This document shows, in pieces, positions 60,497 through 64,000 of a stretch of DNA of 64,000 bases. The DNA lies in contig CAXXJS010000016.1 of NCBI GenBank assembly GCA_963662665.2, positions 1 through 64,000 of the forward strand, read 5' to 3'. The position numbers and the translations under genes were made by a program. The DNA is from Candidatus Latescibacterota bacterium (GTDB lineage: Bacteria > Latescibacterota > UBA2968 > GCA-2709665). Positions within the stretch are counted from its first letter, which is position 1; the number at the start of each line of letters is the position of its first letter. The notes under the pieces were generated by a model. The model did no database searches. It had not been told where the DNA came from and saw only the letters and a list, made by a program, of their open reading frames with translations.

Positions 60497-60749
60497 ACGA
60501 GTACGTTTTTTCGCCGGCGGCAGGCAGGGGCGGGAACAGACAAAAGACGTTACAAAAGAAAAACAGGCTCCTCCGGGCTATCCAGAAATCCCGTGGGAGC
60601 CTTTTGAATTCAGTAAACGCAGTGCGGTCAATGTCCCGGCTTGCGGCTGCGGGGGGTTCCCGGTTCAAGAAGCAAGCCGACCACTGCAAGTTCATTACAG
60701 CGCGACGAATTGATTCGCGCCTCGACTTTCTTGCTCCGCCCGCCTGATC

Positions 60750-61331
60750 CTAACGGAATTCGATGGATGACGCGATTGAACGGTATTCCTCTGTGGGAAA
60801 GGCGGCGGACGTCCCATTGCCCATCATCAGATAAGCCTTTCGCCCGTCCAGCACGACCGAAACGAAAAACCGGTCTCCCCGCCGACGCAGAAATACAGTA
60901 CGGAAAGTCCACTCGATGCCATCGCGCCCCGATATCTGGAACGTGCGCTTCTCCTCGGCCCGGTATCCCAGGAAGGTGGATTTGAACTCCTCCTCGAGTT
61001 CCGCCGCAACGGTCTGAAGCGTCGCGGTTTCCGAAAGTGCGCGGGGCCTCAACGTCAACACCGCCCCGAATCCGGCGATCGGCTCCCGGTTCATCACCAC
61101 TTCAACCCGCGGCAATCCATTTATCTCCCGGGCCTGAAAGTTGGTCTGCGCCGTCCAACCCCACGCACCGGGGACCGAAACCCTGAATCCCCACTCATCG
61201 TTCGAATACACCCGGTCGCCGTTGGAATCGTTGGTCGGATTGTTGGCGGTATCCTCCGGTATAGGACCACAACTCTGCATCGCGGCAACACATACCAGGC
61301 AGAACCAGATTGTGGAACGGTTTCCGGACAT
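60750..61331 (-). CDS. putative lipoprotein, PsbP/Mog1-like fold
   Basis: ATG 61331 with AAGGAG-like RBS, lipobox-like AMQSC, 'YSNDEWGFRVSVPGAW' and terminal 'IASSIEF'. Confidence 0.65.
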   Translation of the reverse strand: MSGNRSTIWFCLVCVAAMQSCGPIPEDTANNPTNDSNGDRVYSNDEWGFRVSVPGAWGWTAQTNFQAREINGLPRVEVVMNREPIAGFGAVLTLRPRALSETATLQTVAAELEEEFKSTFLGYRAEEKRTFQISGRDGIEWTFRTVFLRRRGDRFFVSVVLDGRKAYLMMGNGTSAAFPTEEYRSIASSIEFR

Positions 61332-61641
61332 GGAGTTCGCCTTCCTTTGTGCAAGAAGCATGATCAATGCAGACTTCCGGCCATTGGTCTGTTGCGGCGC
61401 CCACGTGGAATCCGGACACCGTTGACCCGGAATGCGGCGACTGAACGCCAAAGGTCAATAGAAATAAATCGAATCCGCGGCCTGAACGATGGAATTCGGC
61501 TCCCGACAGGCCGGATTGACAATCGTCTCACGGTTAAAAAATCCGGTGCGCAGGCAAACGCCGCGAGACTGTGTTGCGAGCAAAAACCAGGGGGTTTGCG
61601 GGGCCGGCACGCGATTTCCTCCCGAATACCTTCCGAGACAG

Positions 61642-62319
61642 TCAGCGCACAATGCCCAATCGTCTCCATCGGATCTTTTCGAGCGGATTCCAAAGCGGCG
61701 CTCCAGAATTCCAGGAAAAATAGATCAGTAGCGGATGCGCCTTCACTTTGTCAAGCGACACCGTCCCCCAGTACCTGCTGTCGTCGCTGTTGTCCCGGTT
61801 ATCCCCCATCACGAACACATGACCCGGCGGCACCGTGTATGGTCCGTAGTTGTCGCGCGGGCTATACCGTTTGGACTCCGTCCGCCGGTCCAAAAACTTC
61901 ACGCCGGCGGGATTTGCAGACGGCTTGCCGTCCACGTATACCACCTTGTTTCTGATCTCTATGGTCTGCCCGCCCACGGCAATGCATCGCTTGATGAAAT
62001 CACGTGACGGATCCTGCGGAAACTCGAAAATAACCAGATCCCCGGGTTTGGGAGAACGGAAACCCGGGAACCGAAACGAAGGCAGCTTGTAGTTCAGGAC
62101 AGGCAGACGATCCGGAATCTGCGTGCCGAACGTCAGCTTGTCCCCGAGCACATAGTCGCCCTCCATCAACGTATTCTCCATGGATCCTGATGGGATGTGG
62201 TAGGCCTGCACCAGCGTTGCACGGATCAATATCGCCAGAAAAACCGCAAAAAAGATTGATTTCAGATAGTCGATCAGTATCCGTCCGGTACGCGGCCGCC
62301 GCGGGCGCTCTGATTTCAT
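61642..62319 (-). CDS. lepB: signal peptidase I
   Basis: IPSGSMENTL, DFIKRC, GDNRDNSDDSRYWG. Confidence 0.95.
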   Translation of the reverse strand: MKSERPRRPRTGRILIDYLKSIFFAVFLAILIRATLVQAYHIPSGSMENTLMEGDYVLGDKLTFGTQIPDRLPVLNYKLPSFRFPGFRSPKPGDLVIFEFPQDPSRDFIKRCIAVGGQTIEIRNKVVYVDGKPSANPAGVKFLDRRTESKRYSPRDNYGPYTVPPGHVFVMGDNRDNSDDSRYWGTVSLDKVKAHPLLIYFSWNSGAPLWNPLEKIRWRRLGIVR

Positions 62320-62371
62320 AGGTCAACCTCCAGATCGTCTTTCTCTAAAGAACAAACGGAAACACACAGGC

Positions 62372-63388
62372 TTACACGCGGGCAGCGGCCTCAGGTTCCC
62401 CTGCGCCGGAGGCGCAGCCAGCGAAATAGGGCGCTTCAGGCCCACCGCTGTCGGCCGATCGGTTGGCTGCAAGGGTTACGTCGAGTGAACGTACGCCGTC
62501 CTCATAGTCCGATAGAACGGCCGATCCGTCGCCCGTTCGAATGGCGTTTATAAACACCTCGTCGATATCTCCGGAATCGCTCTGAACCGGCCCCGGGTCT
62601 GCCGCGGATTCAGGATGCACTACCAGACCATCCGTCCCGAACTCCGCCCGCATGTTTTTCAGCACGAACGACATGAGGCCGGTCCCGCCGCCCTCTCGAA
62701 ACGTGCACGTGGACGTCAACGAGCCGATTGCCCCCGTCTCAAACTTCAGGTTAATCGCGTGTACATCCGGAATATCCAGGTCTTCTTCGTCATCCAGGGT
62801 ACGTAACGCGTAATAGGCGTGCACTTCCTCCACCTCACCCACAAGATAGCGAAGCAGATCCACCTGGTGGGTGGTCTGCTCGACAATCTGTCCGCCCGAT
62901 TGCGCCATCACGCGCCACCACGGTGTTCCCGGCAGCCCGCCCCATCTGTGGACAGCCGCCATCCCGATAACCCGGCCGTCCAGAAACGCCTTCGCCTGCT
63001 GCACGATACCGGAATACCGCAACTGATATCCCACGCAAGTCAAAACGCCGGCCTCCCGCACGCCCTCCAGAATTTCGAGGGCCTTCTCCATTGTGGGTGC
63101 CACGGGTTTTTCCACGAACAGATGCACGCCCCGCTGAGCCGCCAGAATCTCGGCATCGGTATGCGCAAACGTAGGGACGCTGACATACAGGGCCGAAAGA
63201 GATTCAACGTCCAGCATCTTCCGATGGTCGGTATACGCCCTCGCGCCATATTCGCCCGCCACGCGCTCGGCGGTTTCCCCGATCACATCGCAAATCGCCG
63301 CGATGTCCACGTCCTCAATCCCCCGCAGCCCCCGCATATGCGACCTCGCACGACCCCCAGCGCCCACAAACCCTACCTTAATTGCCAA
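62372..63388 (-). CDS. Gfo/Idh/MocA family oxidoreductase
   Basis: VGFVGAG, FVEKP, GGQIVEQTTHQVD. Confidence 0.9.
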   Translation of the reverse strand: MAIKVGFVGAGGRARSHMRGLRGIEDVDIAAICDVIGETAERVAGEYGARAYTDHRKMLDVESLSALYVSVPTFAHTDAEILAAQRGVHLFVEKPVAPTMEKALEILEGVREAGVLTCVGYQLRYSGIVQQAKAFLDGRVIGMAAVHRWGGLPGTPWWRVMAQSGGQIVEQTTHQVDLLRYLVGEVEEVHAYYALRTLDDEEDLDIPDVHAINLKFETGAIGSLTSTCTFREGGGTGLMSFVLKNMRAEFGTDGLVVHPESAADPGPVQSDSGDIDEVFINAIRTGDGSAVLSDYEDGVRSLDVTLAANRSADSGGPEAPYFAGCASGAGEPEAAARV

Positions 63389-63581
63389 AACACCTCCCTG
63401 AACGTGTGGTGATTGGATGCAAGAATTATAAAATTAGCCCGCCAGGACATGCGCTGTCAAGCGAAATCAACGACTCCCGGACGTACGTGTACGTGTTTTT
63501 GTCTTTGAAATACTGAGCCGCGATGTTTAACTTACCCGTGTAAAATTACATACCAACACCAGATCAAAAAGGATATGGCCC

Positions 63582-64000
63582 ATGCGAGTCGAGGACCTTG
63601 ATACGCCGGCGTTGACCATCGATCTTGACGTACTCTCGAAAAATATCCACGACCTGGCCGAGTCCTGCCGTAAACACGAAATCGACCTGCGCGTACACAC
63701 GAAAACCCACAAAATTCCGGAAATAGCCCGCTTGCAGTTGGACGCAGGCGCCACCGGCATTGTCTGTCAGAAGTTAGGCGAAGCGGAAGCCATGGCCCAC
63801 GCGGGAATCACCGACATTCTTATCCCTTACAATATCGTTGGCGCCATAAAGGTGGAACGCCTTGTCCGCCTTCGTAAACGGGCAAAGGTCACTGTCGCCC
63901 TGGATTCCGAGACAACGGCGCGCGGCATATCCGAACGGGCCGGGAACCCGGAAATCCCTGTCTTGATCGAACTGGATACCGGCGGCAACCGATGCGGTGT
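63582..64000 (+). CDS. D-threonine aldolase / D-serine dehydratase-like PLP enzyme, N-terminal part (runs off the window edge)
   Basis: Manual translation: MRVEDLDTPALTIDLD...LRVHTKTHKIPEIA..QLDAGATGIVCQKLGEAEAM...ELDTGGNRCG. Confidence 0.88.
   Translation, partial: MRVEDLDTPALTIDLDVLSKNIHDLAESCRKHEIDLRVHTKTHKIPEIARLQLDAGATGIVCQKLGEAEAMAHAGITDILIPYNIVGAIKVERLVRLRKRAKVTVALDSETTARGISERAGNPEIPVLIELDTGGNRCG

Overview
GC-rich (~60% by eye) bacterial chromosomal window of mostly housekeeping and catabolic genes. The EF-hand/dockerin-like tail and gene content are compatible with Latescibacterota/Gemmatimonadota, but that is inference only. From left to right: (1) a minus-strand respiratory cluster of Rieske, b6-type cytochrome b, extended subunit IV, an octaheme cytochrome c, an amicyanin-like copper protein and cytochrome c oxidase subunits II and I. 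It is flanked by a HEAT-repeat gene and a divergent 2x[4Fe-4S] protein that shares a ~26-aa motif with the Rieske N-terminus. (2) The yggS-yggT-mtnP-NUDIX-ileS-dksA-lspA-rluA block. (3) An uncharacterised amide/sugar-acid catabolic cluster. (4) Small envelope and metabolic genes, a complete IS1380-family element, ferritin, and a sigma-70 factor with a ~470-nt structured leader. (5) gcvPA/PB, three NAD-dependent epimerases and a decayed toxin-antitoxin pair. (6) A three-gene unit: a 2OG-Fe(II) oxygenase, a secreted extremely acidic protein (67 consecutive Asp, DEG/DEN repeats, paired EF-hand/dockerin-like loops) and the C-terminal part of a vitamin K-dependent gamma-carboxylase-like protein. 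(7) A DASS transporter, iorA, lepB and others. Two copies of a ~190-bp MITE-like element and two +1 homopolymer frameshifts (gcvPA, iorA) were also found. No rRNA, tRNA or CRISPR array was recognised. All family calls come from motif recognition by eye; no searches were run.
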